Shown here piece after piece: positions 30,573-40,199 of a stretch of 64,000 bases of DNA (position 1 is its first letter; each line of letters begins with the position of its first letter). The position numbers and the translations under genes are program-made. The notes beneath the pieces are model-generated. The model saw nothing but the letters and a program-made list of their open reading frames with translations, was not told where the DNA came from and did no database searches. Origin of the DNA: Armatimonadota bacterium (GTDB lineage: Bacteria > Armatimonadota > HRBIN16); NCBI GenBank assembly GCA_963677485.1, contig OY781964.1:940391-1004390 (forward strand), read 5' to 3'.

Positions 30573-30740
30573 ACTTGGTTGGCTATGTCCGGGGCGGTCT
30601 GACGGTATGCTGATAATTTCCGCTGTCTTTAGACCGCGCCGGTCTTGTTCCCGAAACCAACCTGAGAGGCTATCCGCCAGACCGGCGCGGTCTCGAGCCT
30701 ACTGTAACCGCTAACCTACTCACAGACCGCCCCGGACTCA
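30573..30740. repeat. Copy B of the ~170-nt terminal-inverted-repeat element (see 20283..20450)
   Basis: ggctatgtccggggcggtct ... cagaccgccccggac termini; internal agaccgcgccggtct / agaccggcgcggtct perfect inverted pair. Confidence 0.7.
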
Positions 30741-30914
30741 GCCAAAATAATGGAACGCATCAAGGCTGCCGTGCCAGCACGAGCAACTGCTCTAAATCAA
30801 GTCACCAAATCAGACCCTGGGTAGATGCCATCTGCCCGCCTACCATAGGTATCGCACACGGTGGCTCAATACGGAAAGAGCAGCCCCTTTCGAGGCTGCT
30901 CCTTCTGCATGAGA

Positions 30915-33086
30915 CTAGTACGGGCGATTGGGTGATTTACCGCCATTTTGGCGTCCTTCGTCCTTACCCGGCTCTACCTTCGGCTCAGTTTGGGGAACCT
31001 CAGGCACGCGCTTAGGCTCTTCAGCCACGTGAGGCAGGCTTTCAGCGGCCTGCACTTCGGGTTCTGAATTCGCCTGGCTCATGATCTGCTTGGTCAGCTC
31101 ATCAATGGTCGCCTGCTCTTCGTCTGGCGTTTTTGGCAGCTCCAGGTCTTTCGCGAACTCCCTGAGCTTCTCCACTGAGAACAGGTTTAGCAGCATGCTG
31201 AGCGCATTTGCCCCACCCTTTTCGCCATCGTTGCCCAGATTGACTGTGGTGACCGGCACCAGCGCCTGCTTTCCAGCTTTGATGGCGTCGGCAAAGGACT
31301 GTGCCACCTGCGCGTAGACCTGGTATTCAGCCCCGCCATAAGCGTTGACCTTCTGCTTTGTGGCGATACCCTCGGCGATACCGATCTTGGCGATCTTCGT
31401 CGAGTCCGCGTTGGCATTCAGAACCGTGGCTTTCGCCTGTGCTTCTGCGGTGATGACCGTTCTAGCTGCGTCCTGAACGGCTTTAGCCTTCTCGGCTTTA
31501 CCAACGTTCTCCTCGGTCACGATTCGAATCTCGGAGACAGTCAGTGCGGTTTGCTGGTTGGCGGTAGCCTCAGCCTGTCGTAGCTGCTTCTCTTGCTCCG
31601 CTGCTTCACCCTGACGTTTGTAGGTCAGGATTTTTTCCACAGCGATCTGCCGGTCACGCAACTGGGCATACATGGTCTCGATGCCTTTATCACCGCTTGC
31701 CGACCGTGGTGTGCCGATCAGCACATCATGAAGCTCCAGGTTGTAGTCCGCCAATCGTTCTTTGATCACCTTGAGTGCCTCTTCGCCAAGCTCAGAACGC
31801 TGCTGAACCAACTGCAGCAAGGTTCTTTTCTGACCAGCGTTCTTGAAGAAGGAGGAGACCATTGGGTCAAGGCTCTGTTCAACCAGCACCTTGATATCGC
31901 CAAACTTCTGAATCAGCTTCGGTGCCTCATCGCAGTTGATGCTCAGCACCACGCTCAACGGCAGCTCTGGTTCGAATGCATCTGAAGTGATGAGCTGCAC
32001 TGCCGCCAGACCGCTGTCATATCCATGAGCTTCGGACGAAGCACTGTCCCACTTCAGCACGAAGTTGGTGGTGGGCACCGAGATCACCTTGGCGGCATCA
32101 ATATTGATGGGGTATTTGCCCGGCATCAATGGCTTGCCCCAAATACCGCGTTTGCCATTTTCCACCAGCTTACCGTGGGTATAGTTGTCGCCAGAAATAT
32201 CCGCGCCTTCGTCTCCATAGTAGGAGATCACGACACCCACACAACCCACGTTGATCACTGTTTTCGGCTGGAACTCGACAGTCGCAAACAGGCGGTTGAT
32301 GTAGTATTTGCCATCAATCAACACCTGGTGCTGCTTACCACGAAGCCCCCCAGCTTTCAGGAACTTCTCCGGGTCCTGGAAGCTGTGATGGTAAGTATCC
32401 GGTTCTTTTGGATTATTACCAACCGTCGGGCAAATGATCTGCTCTTCGGGCGGGTTGGGGCCATCGTTGACAATGACGATACCGACCGCATCGTTGGAAC
32501 CATCAATCACAACCGGCTCGAACCCGCCATCTTTTGTGATCTTCTGGCTCATTTCGTCCATTTCCTTGCGCTCGTCATCGCGTTCGCCCATGGACAGGTA
32601 GTGTACTTTTCCGGAGGTAATCACAGCAAACAACGCGGTGTTGAGCGCATATGTTCCCTCACGCAGAATGCCGCGCTGAGGGCCGCGCTGGCCATTATTG
32701 GTCAGGAACTCCCGAGCATCCATGAAGTTACTGACGACCGATCCGAGAAGCTGCGTGGGCTCTAGCGGTTTTCCGTCGCGGGCGAAAATATACCCTATTT
32801 TGCCCTGCGATATGGTGATCAGGGGTACTTTATGCACTCTGTACATGAAAGGCGACTTAAAGTGGATGCCGCTACGCAACACGTCCGGCTGATACCCAGC
32901 CTCGCCATTCAGCGCAATGATCGCCTGGTCCAGCGAGCCTTTAGGGGACCACCATTTTTCGACTATTCCAACTTCAGACGGCCGGATAATCCGGATACCT
33001 ATCAGATTCACGATGAGCCATACTGCAACGGCAATTCCTAGAATTACCAGCAGGGGTATTAGCAACTGAGGCAGTGCATTTGGCAT
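30915..33086 (-). CDS. Flotillin-family SPFH/band-7 membrane protein with extended C-terminal Pro/Glu-rich tail
   Basis: N-terminal TM LLIPLLVILGIAVAVWLIVNLIG; SPFH domain; flotillin Ala/Glu-rich coiled-coil AEAQAKATVLNANADSTKIAKIGIAEGIATKQ; putative terminator hairpin 30873..30900 downstream. Confidence 0.7.
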   Translation of the reverse strand: MPNALPQLLIPLLVILGIAVAVWLIVNLIGIRIIRPSEVGIVEKWWSPKGSLDQAIIALNGEAGYQPDVLRSGIHFKSPFMYRVHKVPLITISQGKIGYIFARDGKPLEPTQLLGSVVSNFMDAREFLTNNGQRGPQRGILREGTYALNTALFAVITSGKVHYLSMGERDDERKEMDEMSQKITKDGGFEPVVIDGSNDAVGIVIVNDGPNPPEEQIICPTVGNNPKEPDTYHHSFQDPEKFLKAGGLRGKQHQVLIDGKYYINRLFATVEFQPKTVINVGCVGVVISYYGDEGADISGDNYTHGKLVENGKRGIWGKPLMPGKYPINIDAAKVISVPTTNFVLKWDSASSEAHGYDSGLAAVQLITSDAFEPELPLSVVLSINCDEAPKLIQKFGDIKVLVEQSLDPMVSSFFKNAGQKRTLLQLVQQRSELGEEALKVIKERLADYNLELHDVLIGTPRSASGDKGIETMYAQLRDRQIAVEKILTYKRQGEAAEQEKQLRQAEATANQQTALTVSEIRIVTEENVGKAEKAKAVQDAARTVITAEAQAKATVLNANADSTKIAKIGIAEGIATKQKVNAYGGAEYQVYAQVAQSFADAIKAGKQALVPVTTVNLGNDGEKGGANALSMLLNLFSVEKLREFAKDLELPKTPDEEQATIDELTKQIMSQANSEPEVQAAESLPHVAEEPKRVPEVPQTEPKVEPGKDEGRQNGGKSPNRPY

Positions 33087-33314
33087 AATTTACGGTTCCT
33101 CCATATGGCGATTGGTCTACGAAGTCGGTGCGTAACACTCACATAAGGGAGCCGTTTTGCAACCCCTTATCTACCTCCATCACTTTGCCAAAGTTTGGAG
33201 ACGTTACCATCTACACACAATATACCACCAATCGTCGGTAGTTCATAGTGGTGAAACGCAGATAAATGTGGGAGCCCCGCTCCTGTGTTTAAAGCAGCCG
33301 GTTCTGTAGTTGAT

Positions 33315-33406
33315 CCGGTCGTAGAGTTGACCTTTGTGGTCATCCGCAAGCGTTGGTGATCCCGTCGTAGGGATGACCCTAGTGGTCATCCGCGGTCGTT
33401 CAGAAG
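33315..33406. repeat. Two tandem REP-like palindromic units (ccgtcgtagNgNtgaccNtNgtggtcatccgc)
   Basis: ggtcgtagagttgacctttgtggtcatccgc / cgtcgtagggatgaccctagtggtcatccgc; same hairpin motif recurs at 54392..54416, 54598..54628 and 15842..15860. Confidence 0.6.
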
Positions 33407-33520
33407 AAAATGATGACGGCAATAAAAGACTCATGCGTTACAACAAGGGGCGAAGTCATATACTCGGTATAGCAGGCTGAAAGTCAGCTTTGACTGTAAA
33501 CAAAGGGTGGATCGAAATAA

Positions 33521-33973
33521 CTACGAGACACTATCCTCGAGAAATGCCTGGCAGATGTCGATCCGGCTGATAATTCCTGTCAGCCGACCATCTGAGGTGA
33601 CGGGTAGACGTTTCACCTTCTTCGCAAGCATCAGAGCGGCCGCTTCAAGCACATCATCGGTCTCTTCAACCATCACCATGGTCTTGCTCATCGCCTGCTG
33701 CACCTTCATTTCACGCACGATATTCACGCGCTGTTCGATGTCTTGCAGGCTTTCCCTGTATTGCTCGCTGTCAGGGTTATCACCGGGGGCAGGCAAAAGC
33801 TCACGGATAATATCGTGTTCTGTAATAACACCAACTAGCTGGTTCCTGTTATCTACAACCGGAAGACCGCTCACTTGGTATAGGTCCATGCGGTCGACAG
33901 CGTCCCGAAGTGTATCGTCAGGTGACACGGTGACCAGTTGGGAGTGCATCAGATCAACAACACGCATCTGCAA
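33521..33973 (-). CDS. CBS domain pair protein
   Basis: Two CBS motifs (VVDLMHSQLVTVSPDDTLRDAVDRM...GLPVVDNRNQLVGVITEHDI; AALMLAKKVKRLPVTSDGRLTGIISRIDI). Confidence 0.75.
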   Translation of the reverse strand: MQMRVVDLMHSQLVTVSPDDTLRDAVDRMDLYQVSGLPVVDNRNQLVGVITEHDIIRELLPAPGDNPDSEQYRESLQDIEQRVNIVREMKVQQAMSKTMVMVEETDDVLEAAALMLAKKVKRLPVTSDGRLTGIISRIDICQAFLEDSVS

Positions 33974-34107
33974 GTCTCCTGCTTTTTATTTTATGTTTCA
34001 ATATCAATTGTACACGGATGTATGCCTGCCATGCGAACGCTGCACATTAACCGTGTATTATCGGCTGTAGATAACTGCTCCACCAGCCTGGCTTCAGCTA
34101 GCACATA

Positions 34108-34935
34108 TCAAGCAGTCATTCGCCGTCGAACCGCCACGGTGCCGATGAACCCGAACAGCAACAGAATTGATGAGGGCTCAGCGCCTGATAGAGCCTGCTG
34201 ATTGACGATGCCGATATCCACTGCGAAAAGCACATCGTTCATGTCCTTATCACCCTGGTTCATAGTGTCCTCAAATCCGAAGAGCAGGAAGGGACTATTG
34301 GGCACCGCAAACGCGACCATATGCTGCTTCTTATCGGGGTTCAAGTTCGCGTGTCCCGTATATGTGCCGTACTGGCTTGAACCTGCACCATTTGCGATGG
34401 TGAAGAAATCAAGGTAGGTGCCAGCATCAAACCTACCCAGGTTGACAAAGTCACCAGGTATCAAGGGATTGTTAGCACTTCGCACATTGGCCCAGGTAGA
34501 GACATCAGGGAATATGATTTTGCTATCGGATTTTGGCGTCACTGCGCCACCCGTCGTATTGAAGCCTAAAGTATTACTAAATCCGGCACCCTCTCCTACG
34601 AAATAGATGCGCACATCAGCCTGAGTGGCCAGCTTCAATGCTGAGGGATCAACTGAAGCCACCCCAGTGTTGTTCACCTTTTCGGGCAGCATTTTTTGGC
34701 AGAATGCCTCAAGCAGGGGTAGTGAATTCGTTTTAAATTCGGCCGACTTTTGGTCTGATCCACCCACCATCACAGGAGCCACAATGTCGAGGCCCATAGG
34801 CCGAGCAGGGCTCTGTATCGGGGACATGGTGCCGGATGTTTGTAGTGCCGCATGAGCTAAAATGGAACCGGCAATCAAGAAGGCCATGAACGCCAGCTTC
34901 ATTACAACTAGTTCATCCATTTCGATCTCTCTCAT
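34108..34935 (-). CDS. PEP-CTERM sorting-signal secreted protein, paralog 1 (conserved LFAVDIG-containing domain)
   Basis: AGGAGG SD; N-terminal signal peptide; C-terminus AEPSSILLLFGFIGTVAVRRRMTA = (A/S)EP motif + TM helix + Arg cluster (PEP-CTERM architecture); shares about 230-aa domain with 35109..35948 and 37248..38123. Confidence 0.7.
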   Translation of the reverse strand: MREIEMDELVVMKLAFMAFLIAGSILAHAALQTSGTMSPIQSPARPMGLDIVAPVMVGGSDQKSAEFKTNSLPLLEAFCQKMLPEKVNNTGVASVDPSALKLATQADVRIYFVGEGAGFSNTLGFNTTGGAVTPKSDSKIIFPDVSTWANVRSANNPLIPGDFVNLGRFDAGTYLDFFTIANGAGSSQYGTYTGHANLNPDKKQHMVAFAVPNSPFLLFGFEDTMNQGDKDMNDVLFAVDIGIVNQQALSGAEPSSILLLFGFIGTVAVRRRMTA

Positions 34936-35108
34936 GTACCATACCTCCTGAAATAGTCGGATTATAGTAAAAAGCCATAATATGACCTACATTGTAATAT
35001 TAGTGTACCTGTATGTTGGAGTTGTTTGATAGCCAGTAGGATTCATCATGCAGTAGGCTCCAGCTACAAAACTAGGCTGGAGCCAGATGCCTACAACGGT
35101 CGAACTGC

Positions 35109-35948
35109 TTAAGCGTGCGCTACAGCAGTTTTACGTCGCCGAGCAGCTATAGTTGTGGTGAGGAAACCAGCCATCAGAAGCATTGTTCCTGGTTCGGAAC
35201 CTGCAAGTGATTCTTGGTTGGCCTTGCCAATGTCAACAGCAAACAGCACGTCATTGAAGTCGTTGTCGCCACCATTCATGGTGTCTTCAAATCCAATCAA
35301 TAAGAACGGGCTGCTTGGTAATGCAAAGGCGACCATATGCTGTCGCTGATCGGGGTTAAGTAGAGGGTGCGCCGTAAAAACACTAGACCCATTGTTAGCA
35401 CCATTTGAGATGGTGAAGAAGTCCAATGTAGTACCAGCATCGTAGCGCCCCAAGTTGACAAAGTCGCCTGGAAGCAAAGGACTACTGGCATTACGCACGG
35501 TACCTGTGGTTGTGACGTCGGGGAAGATGAGCTTACTATCGGAAGAGGGCGTAACGGCCCCACCCGTTGTATTGAAACCAAGGGTGTTCCTATAACCAGC
35601 AAGTTCACCGACGAAATAGACGCGGACATCGGCCTGAGTTGCAAGCGTCAAAGCCGATGGATCGATGGATGTCACCGAGGTGTTATTGTAACCTTCACCA
35701 AGGTTCTGCTGGATGAACGCCTGCAGCGAGGGCAGGCTCGCACTCTGAAAATCACTGGCTTTCTGATCAGACCCGCCAACCATCACCGGATCCACAATAT
35801 TCAAGCCTAATGGTCGAGCGGGGCTTTGGTAAGAAGCCGCCTCACCATCTGTCTGAAGTGATGCTTGAGCCGATGCGGTTGTTAACGTCATGATAGAAAT
35901 GGCAGTGATGCCAAGAGCAAGGTGAAGTAGCGTCGCGGCTGTCTTCAT
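35109..35948 (-). CDS. PEP-CTERM sorting-signal secreted protein, paralog 2
   Basis: AGGAGG SD before ATG 35948; signal peptide MKTAATLLHLALGITAISIMTLTTASAQA; C-terminus SEPGTMLLMAGFLTTTIAARRRKTA; blocks VYFVGE.AGY.NTLGFNTTGGAVTP, PGDFVNLGR.DAGT.LDFF, NDVLFAVDIG shared with paralog 1. Confidence 0.7.
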   Translation of the reverse strand: MKTAATLLHLALGITAISIMTLTTASAQASLQTDGEAASYQSPARPLGLNIVDPVMVGGSDQKASDFQSASLPSLQAFIQQNLGEGYNNTSVTSIDPSALTLATQADVRVYFVGELAGYRNTLGFNTTGGAVTPSSDSKLIFPDVTTTGTVRNASSPLLPGDFVNLGRYDAGTTLDFFTISNGANNGSSVFTAHPLLNPDQRQHMVAFALPSSPFLLIGFEDTMNGGDNDFNDVLFAVDIGKANQESLAGSEPGTMLLMAGFLTTTIAARRRKTAVAHA

Positions 35949-36124
35949 TGTCGTCCTCCTAAGATGGGTGTTGTAGGCGTTTAAATTATACCTGTAGATT
36001 TCGATATCAAGGTAATTCAACATCATATATGCTCACCTATTAAGACATCCCATCTTGAGTTGTTGACCAATACCGCAAACCCTGTATAATTTTGCTGAAC
36101 AGCAATTTGAGCGGGAGGCGATTT

Positions 36125-37150
36125 ATGAATATCTTTTTGCGTGTATTACCGTACCTCGTAGGCGCGTGGTTATTATATGGCCTGATACGTATGGCCGCAT
36201 CAAAACGCCGTTGGGCAGTCTACTACTCGGTCTTGACTGATGACACGCAGCTTCTTGATGCACAGCTCGCAAAGGGCACATCGCCCAACTGCCGCACGAG
36301 GGATGGCCGTACACCGCTGATGCTGGCCGCCGCCATGGGACGCACGGAGGCCTGCCGCGTGTTGATAAAACACGAAGCCCGACTGGGTGACACCATGCGC
36401 CTTTGCCGCACTACCCTTGGGGGCGTGGGTGACTACGGCACGGCACTGCACCTGGCGGCGTTCTGCGGCCATCCTGAGACGGTTAAGGAGCTGCTCAAAG
36501 CACCTGACCATCTGCAGGCACTAGCCACACCAGATGAGCGTGGGTGTACCCCGCTGGCCATCGCCTCGCTGATAGGCTACCCGGAATTGATCAAGCCGAT
36601 GGTCAAGGGCGGTGCAGAGACTGACCCTCGAGACCGAGCCCAACTCACACCGCTTATGGCTGTCTGCGCTGCCAACTACCATAACATCCAGATGCTCCGT
36701 GCGTTGGTATATGATCAGGCGAAACTCAAGATCGCTCTGCCCGTAAAAGCTCCTGTTCATTTTATGCTAGCCGACAGCGGTTGGATGCCCGGCAAAGCCA
36801 GCGTTCTTGTCTACGGTTCTCGTCTCTGGTTTCCCTTCCTCAGCACACGCATGCATATGCCCTCACCCAAAGCTGCATGGGAGGATCGCCTGCTTGAGGC
36901 TGCAAAAATATTGATTGAATGCAAGGCCGATGTGAACGCAGTTGACGAAAAGGGCCGTTCTCCGCTCATTCTGGCCGCCATGATGGGACGCAAGCCGTTC
37001 TGTGACTTGCTCCTGGCGAATGGTGCTGACCCAAAGCAGGCCGATGCCGAGGGGCATACATACGACCAGTTCCTGAAAGCGGAGCTTCAACCCAAACCCG
37101 TATCCCCGAAAGTCGAGGCGCGGCTTCGGGAGTTGGGTATGTGGGAGTAA
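36125..37150 (+). CDS. Membrane-anchored ankyrin-repeat protein (at least 5 ANK repeats)
   Basis: GGGAGG SD; N-terminal TM VLPYLVGAWLLYGLI; ANK repeats DGRTPLMLAAAMGRTEACRVLIKHEA, GTALHLAAFCGHPETVKELL, GCTPLAIASLIGYPELIKPMVKGGA, QLTPLMAVCAANYHN, GRSPLILAAMMGRKPFCDLLLANGADP. Confidence 0.75.
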   Translation: MNIFLRVLPYLVGAWLLYGLIRMAASKRRWAVYYSVLTDDTQLLDAQLAKGTSPNCRTRDGRTPLMLAAAMGRTEACRVLIKHEARLGDTMRLCRTTLGGVGDYGTALHLAAFCGHPETVKELLKAPDHLQALATPDERGCTPLAIASLIGYPELIKPMVKGGAETDPRDRAQLTPLMAVCAANYHNIQMLRALVYDQAKLKIALPVKAPVHFMLADSGWMPGKASVLVYGSRLWFPFLSTRMHMPSPKAAWEDRLLEAAKILIECKADVNAVDEKGRSPLILAAMMGRKPFCDLLLANGADPKQADAEGHTYDQFLKAELQPKPVSPKVEARLRELGMWE

Positions 37151-37157
37151 CAAAAAA

Positions 37158-37190
37158 ACAGAGACGGGGAGCGGTCTTGGCTCCCCGTCC
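37158..37190 (-). terminator. Bidirectional hairpin terminator (strong for minus-strand PEP-CTERM paralog 3; also follows ankyrin gene)
   Basis: gacggggagc-ggtcttg-gctccccgtc 10-bp stem; on minus strand followed by ttttttt (plus-strand caaaaaaaca at 37151-37160). Confidence 0.65.
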
Positions 37191-37247
37191 CACTTCCGTC
37201 TGATAGGTTCGGTTTTCGGTGTGTCTCACGTGGTATCCGTTATTGGC

Positions 37248-38123
37248 TTACGCGGTTAGCATGGCTCGCTTTTTGTTTCGCAGGTTCAGCGCAACAGGAG
37301 TGAGCATTCCAGCGATCATGAGGATGGTTCCTGGCTCAGTGCCAGCCATCGCATCATGGTTTGCCTGGCCGATATCAACGGCAAACAGGTTGTCGTTGAG
37401 TTCGCCCTTATAGGCACCGCTGGAGTCTTCGAAGCCGATCATGATCAAGGAGCTGTTAGGCACCAGATAGCTGACCATGTGCGGCATCTTGTCCGGATTC
37501 ATTTCTGCTACTGAACCAAATATCCCCTTATTCTTGCCGGAGTTGTTCGCTCCGTCGGAAACCAGGAAAAAGTCCAGCAGACTGCCGGAATCACGCTTAC
37601 CGATATTGACAAAATCGCCTGGCAGCAAAGGATTGTTCTGACCTGGACCCCGTTTGTTATGGTTCGTTTGCACGTTACTAAACACGTAGGCAGCGTCAGC
37701 TCCAATTGTACCGGAGTCAGATCCGTCAACACCCAACATGTTTTGGTAGCCGGTCTTCTCATCTACAAAGTAGACGCGAACATCGGCGGCTGTTGAAAGC
37801 ACCAGTTTGGAAGGATCGAGCTTGATGTAGCCGCTATCAGGCGACAGGTTGCCGATGCTTCCCTTGATGAATTCGCTCAGCTTAGGCAGTTGGGTCTCCT
37901 GGAAGTTCTTCGAAGCCTCATCTGCGCCGAAATACTGCAGCGAGCCCGCTGAAGGAAGATCAGGAGTTGGCGTTTGATCAACCTTTGACGAGCTATATTC
38001 CATTTCCTGAGTGATATCTAGTTCACTTTCGGAAATAGAAGCTAATGACGGTACAGATGCCAGAACCATTAGGGACACCGAAAGACCGATCAGACTTGTT
38101 TGCAGCGTCTTGGCTGTGAACAT
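37248..38123 (-). CDS. PEP-CTERM sorting-signal secreted protein, paralog 3 (more divergent)
   Basis: GAGGAGG SD before ATG 38123; signal peptide MFTAKTLQTSLIGLSVSLMVLASVPSLA; C-terminus TEPGTILMIAGMLTPVALNLRNKKRA; conserved blocks VRVYFVDE, PGDFVNIG, LDFF, NDNLFAVDIG. Confidence 0.65.
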   Translation of the reverse strand: MFTAKTLQTSLIGLSVSLMVLASVPSLASISESELDITQEMEYSSSKVDQTPTPDLPSAGSLQYFGADEASKNFQETQLPKLSEFIKGSIGNLSPDSGYIKLDPSKLVLSTAADVRVYFVDEKTGYQNMLGVDGSDSGTIGADAAYVFSNVQTNHNKRGPGQNNPLLPGDFVNIGKRDSGSLLDFFLVSDGANNSGKNKGIFGSVAEMNPDKMPHMVSYLVPNSSLIMIGFEDSSGAYKGELNDNLFAVDIGQANHDAMAGTEPGTILMIAGMLTPVALNLRNKKRAMLTA

Positions 38124-38285
38124 GGTGGGTTCCTCCTCGCAAATGGGATTGCCATATTGCAGTTTAATTGTACCCAGATTCCGGTCGGCATACAGCCCCG
38201 TTTCACTCGTTTCAACATGCTTTTCATAGCACATCATATAATGCAAGCCTGCAGAGGATGCCTTACCCGAAATGTTCTGTGAAAA

Positions 38286-39470
38286 CTATACCCGCCAGCT
38301 TGTGATGTTCTGAGTATGGCCGTCCTCATACATGAAGTAGTATCCCAGAACGCTCCATCCCCAGAATGGGTTCAATCCGCAGCCCTCTCCCGTTTCGCTG
38401 TTATACCATTCACGGCTGCCAGACTTCTGCATCATCGCCTCAGTGCGGTATGCCACTGCCGTAGCGATCTGGTCGTAACCGTACTGCCGCACACCGTGGT
38501 AAACGATGTAGTTCGAAGGGATCCAAGTGTTCGCCCGCCAGTTACAGCCCAGGTCATTGGGCAGCGTCGTCTGGCTATACCCGGGTTCACTCTTGGCCAT
38601 CACAGCCGGTGCCCATGCCGTCCAGAACTCTTCACCGTTCATGAGGTGCTCGTAGACCATGCGTTTTGCTCGCTCCGGGGTAGCCACATTGGCCCATAAC
38701 GCGGCAAAGATATTGATGTATTTGACTTTGATCAACTCACCGGTCTGCACGTTCATGTCATAATACAGGCCGTCTTCTTCACACCAGAGCAGCTCGTTGA
38801 TCTTCTGTGCCAGCTCATCAGCTTTGGCGGAGTAATGCGCCGAATCAGCGGGCTCTCCCAGGCTCTCAGCCAGACTGGCAAATGCCCGAAGCTCACGAAC
38901 CAGGAAGCAGTTCAGGTCAACCCCCTTGCTGATGCGGTCCTTCCACCAGCCTGCCCGCTCGTGCTGATTATCCATGCCGGTGTGAGGTGCACTCATCCAT
39001 TCGGCCAGACCATTGCCCGTGCTGTCCATGTTCACCAGCCAATAGTCCAAATACCGCTTCAAGCGTTGGTAATAGTGGTCGGTGATCCATGAGGTCTCGC
39101 CGTAGTAGTCACGCACCAGCACCGCACTTTGAGCCAGGAACGGTTTGACGTGCTCAGGGTCGTGATATTCATTGCTGGGCACGCTGCGGCTGATCAGACC
39201 ATCTTCGCGCATATGGTCGAGGAAGATCGTGATGCCGTTGATGATATACTTGGCATCCCAGCCCATGTAGACCTGGACGATCGCCTCAAAATACTGGTCC
39301 CAGTCATATAACGTTTTGTAATCATAGCCTGTAAAGTAGTCGCGGTCGGTGTCTGGGTCATGTTGGATACCAGCCTTCATCAGTGCTTCCACATCGGCGA
39401 TGCGGGACTGGATGGCTTTGAGTTCTTGCGGGTTTTGCAGCATGCGGCGTGACATAATAGTGCTCCTCAC
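38286..39470 (-). CDS. Cytoplasmic (alpha/alpha)6-barrel glycoside hydrolase, GH63/GH37-clan-like (trehalase / mannosylglycerate-hydrolase-like)
   Basis: No signal peptide; blocks YFTGYDYKTLYDWDQYF, GLAEWMSAPHTGMDNQ, EEFWTAWAPAVM, WYNSETGEG resemble clan GH-G glucosidases; exact family not determinable by eye. Confidence 0.45.
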   Translation of the reverse strand: MRSTIMSRRMLQNPQELKAIQSRIADVEALMKAGIQHDPDTDRDYFTGYDYKTLYDWDQYFEAIVQVYMGWDAKYIINGITIFLDHMREDGLISRSVPSNEYHDPEHVKPFLAQSAVLVRDYYGETSWITDHYYQRLKRYLDYWLVNMDSTGNGLAEWMSAPHTGMDNQHERAGWWKDRISKGVDLNCFLVRELRAFASLAESLGEPADSAHYSAKADELAQKINELLWCEEDGLYYDMNVQTGELIKVKYINIFAALWANVATPERAKRMVYEHLMNGEEFWTAWAPAVMAKSEPGYSQTTLPNDLGCNWRANTWIPSNYIVYHGVRQYGYDQIATAVAYRTEAMMQKSGSREWYNSETGEGCGLNPFWGWSVLGYYFMYEDGHTQNITSWRV

Positions 39471-39566
39471 AGAAATGCCTTAGGCGTGTGGTCTTCGTGA
39501 CACATATATTCTGACACACAGGCCTGGCTGGTGTCAGCCGCCGTGGTATACCCACAGCGGTGGGTG

Positions 39567-40199
39567 TCATCGGGTTTTCTGGAACAACCTCTTCAGATTG
39601 CGTGCGGCCTCGGCGATATCATCGGCAGAGATCAACGCGGAGACCACAGCAACCCCATCGATGCCTGTCTCACTAAAAAGCGGAATGGTGCGCGGGTTGA
39701 TTCCTCCTATGACCACTATGGGCAACGGCACCGCGGACCTGATCGCCTTTAGTTCCTGCAGACTGACCAGTTCCGCGTCGCTCTTCGTATCGGTGGCAAA
39801 CATGGCGCCGACGCCCAGATAATCGGCACCATCCTGCTGTGCCTTCAACGCCTCCGATAGCGAAGAGGCCGAGACACCCAGAATCTTATGGTCACCGATG
39901 ATCCGGCGAACAATATAAGCGGGCAGATCGCTCTGTCCAACATGCACCCCAGCAGCGTCAACCGCAAGCGCGATGTCCACGCGGTCGTTGATGATCAATG
40001 GGACACCATAACGATCTGTGATCTCTTTGACCCTCACCGCCGCATCGTAAAACTGCCGCGAAGACGCCGTCTTCTCACGCAGTTGCACCACACTGCAGCC
40101 GCCTTCAATCGCCTGCTCCACAGCTTGCTCTAAGGTGGGCGTGCTCATCAACTCACGGTCCGTCACCAGGTATAAACTATAATCCAAATTAGGCTTCAT
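39567..40199 (-). CDS. thiE: Thiamine-phosphate synthase
   Basis: YLVTDREL N-terminus, [21 protein letters not shown] motifs; last gene of thiD-C-M-E cluster. Confidence 0.9.
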   Translation of the reverse strand: MKPNLDYSLYLVTDRELMSTPTLEQAVEQAIEGGCSVVQLREKTASSRQFYDAAVRVKEITDRYGVPLIINDRVDIALAVDAAGVHVGQSDLPAYIVRRIIGDHKILGVSASSLSEALKAQQDGADYLGVGAMFATDTKSDAELVSLQELKAIRSAVPLPIVVIGGINPRTIPLFSETGIDGVAVVSALISADDIAEAARNLKRLFQKTR

